From the IMG/VR virus record IMGVR_UViG_2695420514_000017, positions 1 to 21,434 of that record: 21,434 nucleotides of DNA. The stretch is one strand, 5' to 3'. This DNA is from a virus. Lineage: Duplodnaviria; Heunggongvirae; Uroviricota; Caudoviricetes. The translations under genes and the position numbers were made by a program. The notes below the pieces were generated by a model. That model did no database searches, had not been told where the DNA came from, and saw only the letters and a program-made list of their open reading frames with translations. Positions 6,681-14,880 of this stretch are shown here, in pieces; the stretch's first letter is position 1; the number at the start of each line of letters is the position of its first letter.

Positions 6681-7030
6681 ATATGTCGCTCGCAGAACTC
6701 AACAAGCCTGCTCATTAAGTAGCAGTAAGTCTCGTTGGCTCTTCCTGGTTCAACATCAACACCGACCCTTGAGCAGATATCGAATGCCATGTGAGCGCAC
6801 TCATGGGCAATAGTAGATAGTTTGCCATTGAACACACCTATCACATGCAAAACACCATTCTCGCTGCTCATTGTATGAGACGCTCCGTTGGCATCCGAGT
6901 CCTGCACGTCCACGCCAAGTTTTTGATGCAGGCGTTGCCATTCTGGAAAGTCTCTGCAAAACACAATCGTACCGCTCTCAAAGAGCGGTACGAGCATCTT
7001 TGGTACGTTTCCAATGTTAACTTTTTTCAT
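6665..7030 (-). CDS. Hypothetical 121 aa protein with an HExxH motif (possible small zinc metallopeptidase-like or Zn-binding protein)
   Basis: From the ATG at 7028-7030 (AGGA 4 nt upstream on the minus strand): MKKVNIGNVPK...STIAHECAHMAFDICSRVGVDVEPGRANETYCYLMSRLVEF. HECAH with a downstream Glu and nearby Cys suggests metal binding. Sequence looks protein-like, unlike the overlapping N-terminal extension of the plus ORF. The ORF-track start at 7069 is a TTG. Confidence 0.5.
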   Translation of the reverse strand: MKKVNIGNVPKMLVPLFESGTIVFCRDFPEWQRLHQKLGVDVQDSDANGASHTMSSENGVLHVIGVFNGKLSTIAHECAHMAFDICSRVGVDVEPGRANETYCYLMSRLVEFCERHIKKPE

Positions 7031-7060
7031 GGTATCCTGCTCAAAACTAAGGAGGTTGGT

Positions 7061-7450
7061 GTGAAGCAATTTCTTGCTGCTATGTTCTTATTCATATCTT
7101 TTGGGGCTACAGCAGAGTGCTGGGTCGTTGGAGATATGCGCGGAATAAGCTATTCAGAACGCAATAATTTCCATCCGGTAGAAGATGGTTTTAGTGGAAC
7201 ATTCACCATTAAGACAAGCGGTGAAGATGCCAGCATCACATATTCTGGTACAGATGCGGGCGGCATGGCTTACAAAGCATTGTCTAAAAACTCCATCATA
7301 GGAATCGGCGCGAATGGCGAAACTCAACGCGTTATCGACTCATGGGTAATACATCCTACTGGAACAGTTTTAATGTCAAAAACCATTTCCGGTTATGGAA
7401 ATATGGATTCAACCAAAGCTTTTGTTGGAAAAGTAAAAAGAAAATGTTAG
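7061..7450 (+). CDS. Hypothetical secreted (periplasmic) protein, about 129 aa precursor, predicted Sec signal peptide
   Basis: Strong AAGGAGG RBS (7049-7055) 5 nt before an in-frame GTG at 7061. N-terminus MKQFLAAMFLFISFGATA|ECWVV has an n/h/c signal-peptide layout with an A-x-A cleavage site. Mature part is beta-rich (TFTIKTSGEDASITYSGTDAGG...) with Cys at both ends. The 72-codon upstream extension in the ORF track is antisense to the HExxH ORF and not credible. Confidence 0.6.
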   Translation: MKQFLAAMFLFISFGATAECWVVGDMRGISYSERNNFHPVEDGFSGTFTIKTSGEDASITYSGTDAGGMAYKALSKNSIIGIGANGETQRVIDSWVIHPTGTVLMSKTISGYGNMDSTKAFVGKVKRKC

Positions 7451-7474
7451 CGATTGAATCCAATTTCCCATACG

Positions 7475-9385
7475 TTACTGCTGTGTTGCCTCAGTAGCAA
7501 ACAGCGGCCTGACGGCATTTGCAGCGTTACTTAACGCTCTTTCATAGGCTGGTGTTCCAGCTTTAGTGTTTGCCAGACGTAAGAGCGCATTCCTTGCTGC
7601 TTTGGACTCGTACAAGCGCATGATTGCACCGAAACCAGCCTCAAGTCCCAGTGATACACCAAGGGTTGCAGTTGCGCCAATCGTTCTAATCCTGTTAGCT
7701 TGCGATTGTCCTGTCTGTGTTACTACATTTGCGGCGTCCGACCTTGCTGTTTGCTGTAGAACTTCATGAAGAGCATCAAGCTCTTTCATGTGTCTCCCAC
7801 TGAATATAGTGTTATAGATCTGACCGTCAGATTGCGACTTCAACTTATTTAACTCGGTAAGAAATTTTGTTGGCGAGTCTCCTGCTTTTTCTGCAATCTT
7901 GCTGATATAAGCAGCACGCATAGCGTTCTTTCCATCTTCACTAAGAGCAGGCCATATCCTCTTAATATCTGATGGTTTTCTGCTGAATACAACGCTGTTT
8001 ATTAGCTCTGGAGTAAACTCTTTTTTAGCTTTGTTGAGATTATTCGCAATCCTTTTATTGAGAACTTTATTGAAGACGTTGGAGTAGTCAGAGTTTGCTT
8101 TGACGTATCTGGCGGCCTCTCCAGCCCCCAAATACCGCGCTGCGTTATTCCTCAAATCTGCCCCCATTGCCCTCTCCACGGCATCAGTTGCGGCTTTCGC
8201 GCTATTAGGAAAAACCATGGCATCTCCCTGAATACTTTCCCTCAAGGCTGACCGCAACTCTCTCAATAGACCAAAATCTATATCTGGTTTAGCAAGTTCT
8301 TCTCGCAAATCGGATAACCCGCGAATCAAATCCTTATTTGCCACTTTCCCAAGCCTGTTAGCTCTGGTAAGTACGTTGTCGATAACCTTAATAGATTTTG
8401 ATGTGTCAACAGGTGTGTCTCCCATTTTGGTTGTAATGTCTTCAATAACGCTTCCGGCCGAATCCTTCCTTGACTTCAGAGAACCATACAGATCGTCAAC
8501 AACAACTGATGGGCTATATTCACCATATTTCTCAAGCTGTTTTTTAACTAGCTGACTTCTTTTTGCATATTGCTCAGCTCGCTTTGAGCCTGTTCCCAGC
8601 AAAGCCCCCTCAGCATCCTGAGTAAGACCACGAGTGAAAGCATTTTTCGGCGGGATTACATCAGATGTCATTGGTGTCACGCCCATCGATTCTGATGTGG
8701 CAATTTTCTTCGCCACTTCTGGTGCAATATCACCTTTAAAGGCAGTTATTCCACGCTCAAGCCCTTTTGCAACAGTATTAACAGCACCACCTGTTAGCAT
8801 GCCAACACCTATATCTGTTGCCAGTTTTCCCGCATCATTTTTCTCACTGTTTGCGGCGAGCGATCCGACTGCGTTTTCTGCCAGAAGACGGGCTGCGCCT
8901 TGAGTAATTCGACCAGCAAGTGTTGGCGCCTGAGTTGAAGCGCCGCCAACGCCAACAGTAGCCAGGTAAGGCAATGCCTCCGCAAACACCCTACCTTCTG
9001 TCGTTTGTGGAGTCAGAGCACCTTGCTGAAGTCCAAACGCCTGCTCTAATCCCTGAGTTGTTACTCGTGGCGCTGGTTGATATGTTCCATCGCCAATACC
9101 GAGTTTACCGCCAGCCCATGCCGCCGCGCTTGTTACAGCATCGGCAACTGATGCTGGTATATTTGCCACATTTACACCAGCCTGCACCAGTCCGCGACCA
9201 GTTTCTTTTACTGCTTCGCCGAGGTCAGACATAAATCCATCTTGCTGTTCTACAGGCTGCTTTTGGTTTTGAGTTGGTTGATTACTGGAGGACAGAATCT
9301 GAGCGATGCGACGTGCTCCCTCAGTATCACCAGCAGCATCAGCATTCCTTAACGCCGTCATCAATTGTTCACGACTATAAGCCAT
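7475..9385 (-). CDS. Ejection (E) protein, P22 gp16 homolog
   Basis: 636 aa. Position, size and N-terminus ([29 protein letters not shown]) are consistent with P22 gp16. Its ATG overlaps the gp20 stop (TAATG). Confidence 0.9.
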   Translation of the reverse strand: MAYSREQLMTALRNADAAGDTEGARRIAQILSSSNQPTQNQKQPVEQQDGFMSDLGEAVKETGRGLVQAGVNVANIPASVADAVTSAAAWAGGKLGIGDGTYQPAPRVTTQGLEQAFGLQQGALTPQTTEGRVFAEALPYLATVGVGGASTQAPTLAGRITQGAARLLAENAVGSLAANSEKNDAGKLATDIGVGMLTGGAVNTVAKGLERGITAFKGDIAPEVAKKIATSESMGVTPMTSDVIPPKNAFTRGLTQDAEGALLGTGSKRAEQYAKRSQLVKKQLEKYGEYSPSVVVDDLYGSLKSRKDSAGSVIEDITTKMGDTPVDTSKSIKVIDNVLTRANRLGKVANKDLIRGLSDLREELAKPDIDFGLLRELRSALRESIQGDAMVFPNSAKAATDAVERAMGADLRNNAARYLGAGEAARYVKANSDYSNVFNKVLNKRIANNLNKAKKEFTPELINSVVFSRKPSDIKRIWPALSEDGKNAMRAAYISKIAEKAGDSPTKFLTELNKLKSQSDGQIYNTIFSGRHMKELDALHEVLQQTARSDAANVVTQTGQSQANRIRTIGATATLGVSLGLEAGFGAIMRLYESKAARNALLRLANTKAGTPAYERALSNAANAVRPLFATEATQQ

Positions 9386-10770
9386 TACTGCCCTCCGAGA
9401 TATTTGCTAATTAATTCGTCATCGGACAATTGCTGTTGAGGTTGGCTATCGCCATAACTTGAGGAAAGAAAACGTTTTGCCGCAGAGTTCAATGATTCAC
9501 CCTTCTTAACATCCATCCCCATGATGTTTCGGTTGCGATCAGATTGTCCTGGGCTGCCGTTTGCACTCATCCACTCTGACCTAAACTCGTTGAACTTCGC
9601 GTTATTACTTTCCATTTTTGCCATACCCCTTAACCATCGAGCCATGACCATTGGATTATCCGTTTCGCTTGGAATACCTTTCCTTGCAAACTCAATATCC
9701 TTATCTGATGCAGGGCCTGGAGGGAGAAGCTTGGTTGCCTGCGCATTGGCTAGTTGGTTGAATCTAATCCGCATATCTCGGAGGTAGTTATCTTGCCCCG
9801 TAAGCTTAGAGAACATATTTTCAGCGTTACCGAACAAACCAGGAGTTGGCTTCTCCTTCTCCAGCGTGTCAGCGAGCGTTGTCATTGAATCGGCAGCATT
9901 ACGACTAGCTGCCGCATCACCTGCTGATTTTTCTATAGCCTTTTCCATGTTCACTGATAATTTTGGCGCAGCATTAATAAGTTCCTCGGCCTTTTTTTGT
10001 GCCTGTTGTACTTCAAAACCGAATTTCTGCTTATCAAGTGCCAGTCTTTCTGCTGCAAGTCCGTGTCCGGTCATTGCAGACTGATAGGAAAGGTTTTGCC
10101 CCCTAATAGCCCTCGCATTCGTCATGTCATTATTGCGAATGGTTTCGTTAATTCTTTGCTGCTCCTGCTGGCGACCAACCATCTTATCCTGAACAGCAAA
10201 CGCCTTTTCTGGTCCAAGCGCACCGAGAGACATAGTAGTCAGCATGTGTGATAGCTGCTCTGGATTCTGAATACCTGTCTGAATCATCCAGTCAGCATTA
10301 GCGCCAACGCGATTTAACCTGTCCTTGTTGTCAGTAATGAATTTACTGTAGGCTTCCGGTCCCTGAGAAAGAGCGACGTTAGCCCTCATGGCTAAATCGC
10401 CCATATCGTTGCGTTGCTGCTCATTAAGACCGGAAAATGCCTGTTGTGCCTGTGCAACAAACGCTGGATTTTCCTGGGCAAACTTAAATAGTCCCGATGG
10501 ATCACCAGAAGCCCATGCATCAGCATGAACCTTATTGAACGCATTAATCGCTTTCTGTTGCTGTTCCTGCTTATAAATATCAGCAACTCCAGCCAGACCA
10601 CGTAACGCGGTCAGACCAACGTTATTTGCACTTGAGCGAGCCAGTTCATTGTTTTCGCGGATCAGACCAAGCGTTGCGTTAATGTCGCTTGCCTTTGGCG
10701 CATTCTCGTTTTGCGCACCAATGCCAGCCAGAAAACCACCAGAATTAATACCCTGTTGCCACGTAGCCAT
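9385..10770 (-). CDS. Ejection (E) protein, P22 gp20 homolog
   Basis: 461 aa, helical and Q/A-rich, in the syntenic position between the gp7 and gp16 homologs. Confidence 0.9.
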   Translation of the reverse strand: MATWQQGINSGGFLAGIGAQNENAPKASDINATLGLIRENNELARSSANNVGLTALRGLAGVADIYKQEQQQKAINAFNKVHADAWASGDPSGLFKFAQENPAFVAQAQQAFSGLNEQQRNDMGDLAMRANVALSQGPEAYSKFITDNKDRLNRVGANADWMIQTGIQNPEQLSHMLTTMSLGALGPEKAFAVQDKMVGRQQEQQRINETIRNNDMTNARAIRGQNLSYQSAMTGHGLAAERLALDKQKFGFEVQQAQKKAEELINAAPKLSVNMEKAIEKSAGDAAASRNAADSMTTLADTLEKEKPTPGLFGNAENMFSKLTGQDNYLRDMRIRFNQLANAQATKLLPPGPASDKDIEFARKGIPSETDNPMVMARWLRGMAKMESNNAKFNEFRSEWMSANGSPGQSDRNRNIMGMDVKKGESLNSAAKRFLSSSYGDSQPQQQLSDDELISKYLGGQ

Positions 10771-10779
10771 GATTACCCC

Positions 10780-11475
10780 TTAAAACAACGAGCCAAGCAG
10801 ACCAAGACCGCCACCAACAGCGGCACCAATACCAGTACCAATACCAGGAACAATGCTGCCAAGTTGTGCTCCAGCAATTGCTCCAGAGGCAGCCCCGCCT
10901 ATTGCAGATTGAAGGCCGGAAGGTCTATTAGCGTTTGCCGCCGCCAGTGCCGCGCTTTGCTGTGAAATCTGGCTCATGTTGTTGGCATATGTTTGCCCGG
11001 CGTTTGCCTGTCCCTGAAGAGCGCCAAGACCAATATTTGCCAGATTCTGGTAGTTGTTCATTTGTCCAGATAGCCATTGCTGGCCAAGAGTTGGTGCGAT
11101 TGTTGCTAACTGATTACTGGTTGCGGTGGAACCCAATCCACCTGTTGCTTCCGCTGCCGCCAGACTCTGATAACGAGCCTGACTTGCAAGGTCTTTGTAC
11201 TGCTGAGAGTTGTAATACTGGTTAAGTGCCTGACCTTGCCCTTCCAGAGACGATAAGTTCTCGAGGCTGCCGACATACTTATCAGCCAGAGGAGTAAACG
11301 GCTTCAGGTTGTTCATGATGGTGTTGAACTGCTGATTTTGCAGGTCTGCTGCATACTTCTGAGCTTCTGCGGCATACTTTGCGCTTTTATCAGAGCTACC
11401 ACCTTTCCCGCCTTTTTCAGGGCACCAAGGTTCCTCGCCGCGCAGTTTTCTGCCCAGCTTAAATGCATATAACAT
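10780..11475 (-). CDS. Ejection (E) protein, P22 gp7 homolog
   Basis: 231 aa. N-terminus MLYAFKLGRKLRGEEP and the Gly/Ala-rich C-terminal tail match gp7 as recalled. Syntenic position. Confidence 0.9.
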   Translation of the reverse strand: MLYAFKLGRKLRGEEPWCPEKGGKGGSSDKSAKYAAEAQKYAADLQNQQFNTIMNNLKPFTPLADKYVGSLENLSSLEGQGQALNQYYNSQQYKDLASQARYQSLAAAEATGGLGSTATSNQLATIAPTLGQQWLSGQMNNYQNLANIGLGALQGQANAGQTYANNMSQISQQSAALAAANANRPSGLQSAIGGAASGAIAGAQLGSIVPGIGTGIGAAVGGGLGLLGSLF

Positions 11476-11477
11476 GG

Positions 11478-11933
11478 CTATCTCCCGTGATTCAGGAAGT
11501 CGATTAGTTCTTCGCGTGTGGCGCTGTAAAAAGTCACGTCATCCACGCCTTTGAAGTATTTCTTGATGGTTCCTACACGCTTAAGGCCAATCATTGCGCA
11601 GTACATCTGACCGTGGCGGAATTTGCGTGCAGCGAACGATGTTACGCACTGAACGGTGGTGTTAGTCAGAATGTATCGCCAGAACGCCATCCCGATTTCC
11701 TTGCTGAATCCACGAACCTCTGGCAGGTACATGGCGTGGCAATCGAATGTCAGCGGCTGAATCTCCTGATAGTAAACAATGCCGCCAAACTGACCGTGCA
11801 CGTTAACCTCAAAGTAACGGCATTCAGGCTTGTAGTCGTATCCATCACCGTTGTTGCTCCCGTCAATAATGTCAGGGTGATTTCCGACTGCTTCGATCAG
11901 GTCGATGTTTCGCGTTGGTTTGAACTGAATCAT
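11478..11933 (-). CDS. P22 gp14-like protein (assigned by position; function not established here)
   Basis: 151 aa ORF between the tail-needle and gp7 homologs, coupled to the tail-needle stop (TAATG). Assigned by synteny rather than by recognised sequence. Confidence 0.75.
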   Translation of the reverse strand: MIQFKPTRNIDLIEAVGNHPDIIDGSNNGDGYDYKPECRYFEVNVHGQFGGIVYYQEIQPLTFDCHAMYLPEVRGFSKEIGMAFWRYILTNTTVQCVTSFAARKFRHGQMYCAMIGLKRVGTIKKYFKGVDDVTFYSATREELIDFLNHGR

Positions 11934-12781
11934 TACTGCTCCGCGATTATCTTGATGGTTGTGGCAGTAAACGCCGCACCATTTGACTGAATGGTTAACG
12001 TGCTGCCATTTGTGGCAAGAAAGCCGTCTTTATCCACGCTGAAGAACGTAGCTAACAAGATGTTATCGGTTGTTGTCGCCGAGTTGCGACTGCTTACCAG
12101 TGTGTCAGGAACAGAGCCGGAAAAGGTTAGCTGCATTGACCTGTTGGCGGTTCCGCTGGGCCACGTCCCGACGATCGACAGCTTGAAGAACAAGGTTTTG
12201 TTCTCGTTGAACACAACCATCTTGTTGTTAACGGTGTCGAAGAATGGTGCCAACGTGCCGGATGACGGCGTGAGCGTTTTCAGCAGGCTAACAAGGTTGG
12301 TCGGCGCTGTCGGAATGGTTACAGATACGCCAGAGTAAACAACCTCTGACTTTTTTCGAGTAGTGGCATACTCCAGAGCATCAATGCGCGTTTCATGGTC
12401 TGAAAGCGTGTTTTGAATGGCGACAACTTCATCAGTCAGATAATCAATATCGTTTTCTGCTGTCGTTAATCGCGAATCAAGGCCGACTATCGCCGCTTCT
12501 GCGTTAGTGATCCTTGTTTCGTGGTCCTGAATCTTCGCTTCAGCTGATGCCAGTCGAATTTCGTGATCGACCAGAATCACATCCTGCGCATCGTTCCTGA
12601 CTTGTGCGTCATAAGCGCCCTGTCCGGCCTCGTTGGCCTTGTTCGCCACGTTACCAACATCAGTGCCCTGTGCGATAACGTAAAGCAGATACGACTGCGA
12701 GAAGATATTGCGTGGAAGGACTGATGTGTCGAGTCGTGTAGCCTGAATGATTACCGGCACATTGAGATTCGAATCCGCCAT
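11933..12781 (-). CDS. Tail needle protein (P22 gp26 homolog) with an extended C-terminal domain
   Basis: 282 aa. N-terminus [43 protein letters not shown] matches the gp26 plug domain as recalled, followed by a coiled-coil ([23 protein letters not shown]...). The C-terminal ~120 aa beta-rich region is longer than P22 gp26 (about 233 aa), suggesting an Sf6-type knob. Confidence 0.9.
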   Translation of the reverse strand: MADSNLNVPVIIQATRLDTSVLPRNIFSQSYLLYVIAQGTDVGNVANKANEAGQGAYDAQVRNDAQDVILVDHEIRLASAEAKIQDHETRITNAEAAIVGLDSRLTTAENDIDYLTDEVVAIQNTLSDHETRIDALEYATTRKKSEVVYSGVSVTIPTAPTNLVSLLKTLTPSSGTLAPFFDTVNNKMVVFNENKTLFFKLSIVGTWPSGTANRSMQLTFSGSVPDTLVSSRNSATTTDNILLATFFSVDKDGFLATNGSTLTIQSNGAAFTATTIKIIAEQ

Positions 12782-14199
12782 TACTCAATCCTTATCTGGC
12801 AGCCAGACAGAGTTACAGGTGACTTCGTGATAACGCGCAATTTGAAGCCAACATTTTTCCTGATGCGCCCTACTCGCTTCCACAAAACGCGTTTGTCGTA
12901 AACGAACGGTTCATTCTGCTCAATCATCTGCTCACGCCCGTAATTGATGCCGTCAGTGGTTGCAGAGAGGAACAGGCGGTCAGCGTACTGCGCAACGCCA
13001 GTTGAAGATTCAACCTCAAGGTCGAACACCCGGGCGTTATCCGCTTTGAACAACGGAGTAAACAGCAGGTGTTCCTGCTGCTTGTCGTACTGGCTGCTGA
13101 TATCGAACTGCAATTTCCCGGTCACGGATTCCAGCTTATCGCCGCACGTTATCTGATTGCCTTCGTAAATGAAGTCGATAGCGCGGTACACATCGTCATA
13201 CAGACCTGTTTTCAGCACACACCATTGCGGACCATTGGCGCTTGAAGATGCGTCGTACACGAGAACATGGCGCGGAAGATGGATAATCAGCAACTCATGA
13301 GCATCAAACCGCAACGATTCCATCACGCCATCAGCCAGTTCATCAGCAGTGTAGGAGCGGAGGATCTTCTCAATGCTCGCACTGGCGATTGGTGACACCT
13401 GACCGGAGCCGATGATGTACACAGACGGCGCACCTGTTGCCGGATTGCTGATGAACGCATATGAATCAGAGAATGGCGTTTTGCAGTAAGTCCCGGCAAT
13501 GCCTTTCTGCACCATCAGCGATGGCTGTGCGACATACAAAGCGGCACCAACAGTGGTTGCACCTGTCAGGGAAAAATATTCAATCGTCGATGAACCAAAG
13601 CAGACGATGAAGTCTCGCCATGTTCCGATGCCGAGGATACCGTCCGGCTGCGATTCTGCGCGATATTGTGCGCTGTAACGGTCAGGATGCGATTCGTCTT
13701 CAAGGTCAGTGATAAACCATGAATCCGTGCCGTCTTTTGACCACGCATAACGCCCACGTAAGCGTGTAATGTCGCGGACTGAACCTAACTCATACTGAGT
13801 GAATCCGCTGTCTGTAGGCCAGTTTGAGACTGTTTTAACCGTGCCATCATAGCGATACTCGACCAGTTGACCATTAACGCCTACCGCCTGAGATGTTCGA
13901 CCATGCGCCATTGATACGCGACCACTTCCGGCAACATCACCGACCTCGCTTTCGCCCTTATACAACTTGCCACCGCAAACGCGATAAACAGCATTCTGCG
14001 CCATGTTGTACTCGACACCGCGCGATACACCATTCACATCAGAACGTTTGGCAATGCCCGGGAATGAGCGAAGATATCCGCTGCTGTTCAGGATTTCTTT
14101 GGGCGTAGCCAGCATATTCACTGGCAGATAGTCGATATAGTCGGCGTTTCGAAAGTCTTTGCCGACACCTTTCATAAGCGGAAGTTGCTGAATCGGCAT
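12781..14199 (-). CDS. Head-completion / tail-hub protein, P22 gp10 homolog
   Basis: 472 aa, the same length as P22 gp10, in the syntenic position after the gp4 homolog. Confidence 0.9.
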   Translation of the reverse strand: MPIQQLPLMKGVGKDFRNADYIDYLPVNMLATPKEILNSSGYLRSFPGIAKRSDVNGVSRGVEYNMAQNAVYRVCGGKLYKGESEVGDVAGSGRVSMAHGRTSQAVGVNGQLVEYRYDGTVKTVSNWPTDSGFTQYELGSVRDITRLRGRYAWSKDGTDSWFITDLEDESHPDRYSAQYRAESQPDGILGIGTWRDFIVCFGSSTIEYFSLTGATTVGAALYVAQPSLMVQKGIAGTYCKTPFSDSYAFISNPATGAPSVYIIGSGQVSPIASASIEKILRSYTADELADGVMESLRFDAHELLIIHLPRHVLVYDASSSANGPQWCVLKTGLYDDVYRAIDFIYEGNQITCGDKLESVTGKLQFDISSQYDKQQEHLLFTPLFKADNARVFDLEVESSTGVAQYADRLFLSATTDGINYGREQMIEQNEPFVYDKRVLWKRVGRIRKNVGFKLRVITKSPVTLSGCQIRIE

Positions 14200-14208
14200 T
14201 TATTCACC

Positions 14209-14670
14209 TCACGTACTCGGATCATCTTTCTCGATGTAAAACCGATTCCACGTAAACGCGCTTTTGTTACCACTACCGCGAGGCATGTCATTTCGCCGCT
14301 CAAGTGGTGGTATTTTGGTTAAAGCGATGCAGATTGTCTGATATGCGCTGTCAGCAGCGGTAAGGAGAGCATCTGACGGCTGAATGACGTTATCCATGCA
14401 CACTTGCACAGCGAGTTTCAAAGCGACGCCATCATTTGCCCATGCAGGGATACCTGAATCATCGTCAGGTAACGGCATGATGCCGTTTTCTGTATCAGCA
14501 AACTGATATCCAAGCTCGATACCTTTCGCCTGCCATGCTGCCATCATGTCTTCGAGGTCATTAATGGCATCTTCTATTGCCTGAGGATCGGCATCTGTCA
14601 ACGTGGCATTGGAATACAGCCCGGCTTTTCGTAAAGCCTTAAGAACGAGATCACCCTTCGTTTTCGCCAT
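14209..14670 (-). CDS. Head-to-tail adaptor protein, P22 gp4 homolog
   Basis: 153 aa. MAKTKGDLVLKALRKAGLYSNATLTDADPQAIEDAINDLEDMMAAW aligns with the P22 gp4 N-terminus ([44 protein letters not shown]) as recalled. Confidence 0.9.
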   Translation of the reverse strand: MAKTKGDLVLKALRKAGLYSNATLTDADPQAIEDAINDLEDMMAAWQAKGIELGYQFADTENGIMPLPDDDSGIPAWANDGVALKLAVQVCMDNVIQPSDALLTAADSAYQTICIALTKIPPLERRNDMPRGSGNKSAFTWNRFYIEKDDPST

Positions 14671-14839
14671 CTTCTTCCGCCTTAGCCACTTTATGCTTCG
14701 TTGCGGTTTCTTCAGGAGTTTTTACCCAGCCTTTTTTCAGGTGAGATTTAACTTCTTCGTCATCAACAATGATGTAATCGACAGCAAACTGACCACAGGT
14801 GATCATGTTGCCAGGCTTATAGAGCATTGTTCGTGCCAT
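14651..14839 (-). CDS. Hypothetical small protein (62 aa) between coat and gp4
   Basis: ATG at 14837-14839 with GGAG 6 nt upstream on the minus strand, directly after the coat terminator: MARTMLYKPGNMITCGQFAVDYIIVDDEEVKSHLKKGWVKTPEE. Its 3' end overlaps the gp4 start by 20 bp. The ORF-track start at 14878 is a TTG inside the terminator. Confidence 0.4.
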   Translation of the reverse strand: MARTMLYKPGNMITCGQFAVDYIIVDDEEVKSHLKKGWVKTPEETATKHKVAKAEEDGENEG

Positions 14840-14850
14840 TGTCTTCTCCA

Positions 14851-14874
14851 AATAAAAATGGGGCCGAAGCCCCA
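14851..14874 (-). terminator. Rho-independent terminator immediately downstream of the coat gene
   Basis: GGGGC-cgaa-GCCCC hairpin (14860-14873). The plus-strand AATAAAAA at 14851-14858 gives a U-rich tract after the hairpin on the minus-strand transcript. It sits 6 bp past the coat stop. Confidence 0.6.
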
Positions 14875-14880
14875 CCAAAA

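Noticed and set aside
6845-7060. 72-codon N-terminal extension of the secreted-protein ORF (track start at the ATG at 6845)
   Set aside because: The extension is Arg/His-rich and antisense to the HExxH ORF. A strong AAGGAGG RBS and a signal peptide begin at the in-frame GTG at 7061, which is the more credible start.
7566-12338. Short plus-strand and alternative-frame ORFs inside the gp16, gp20, gp7, gp14 and tail-needle genes
   Set aside because: All are antisense or out-of-frame within well-supported ejection and tail genes. Their translations are Ala/Ser/Pro/Leu-rich, a GC-rich antisense artefact.
12944-14108. ORFs 12944-13156 (+), 13566-13757 (-) and 13893-14108 (+)
   Set aside because: They are embedded in the gp10 homolog, antisense or out of frame, with no RBS.
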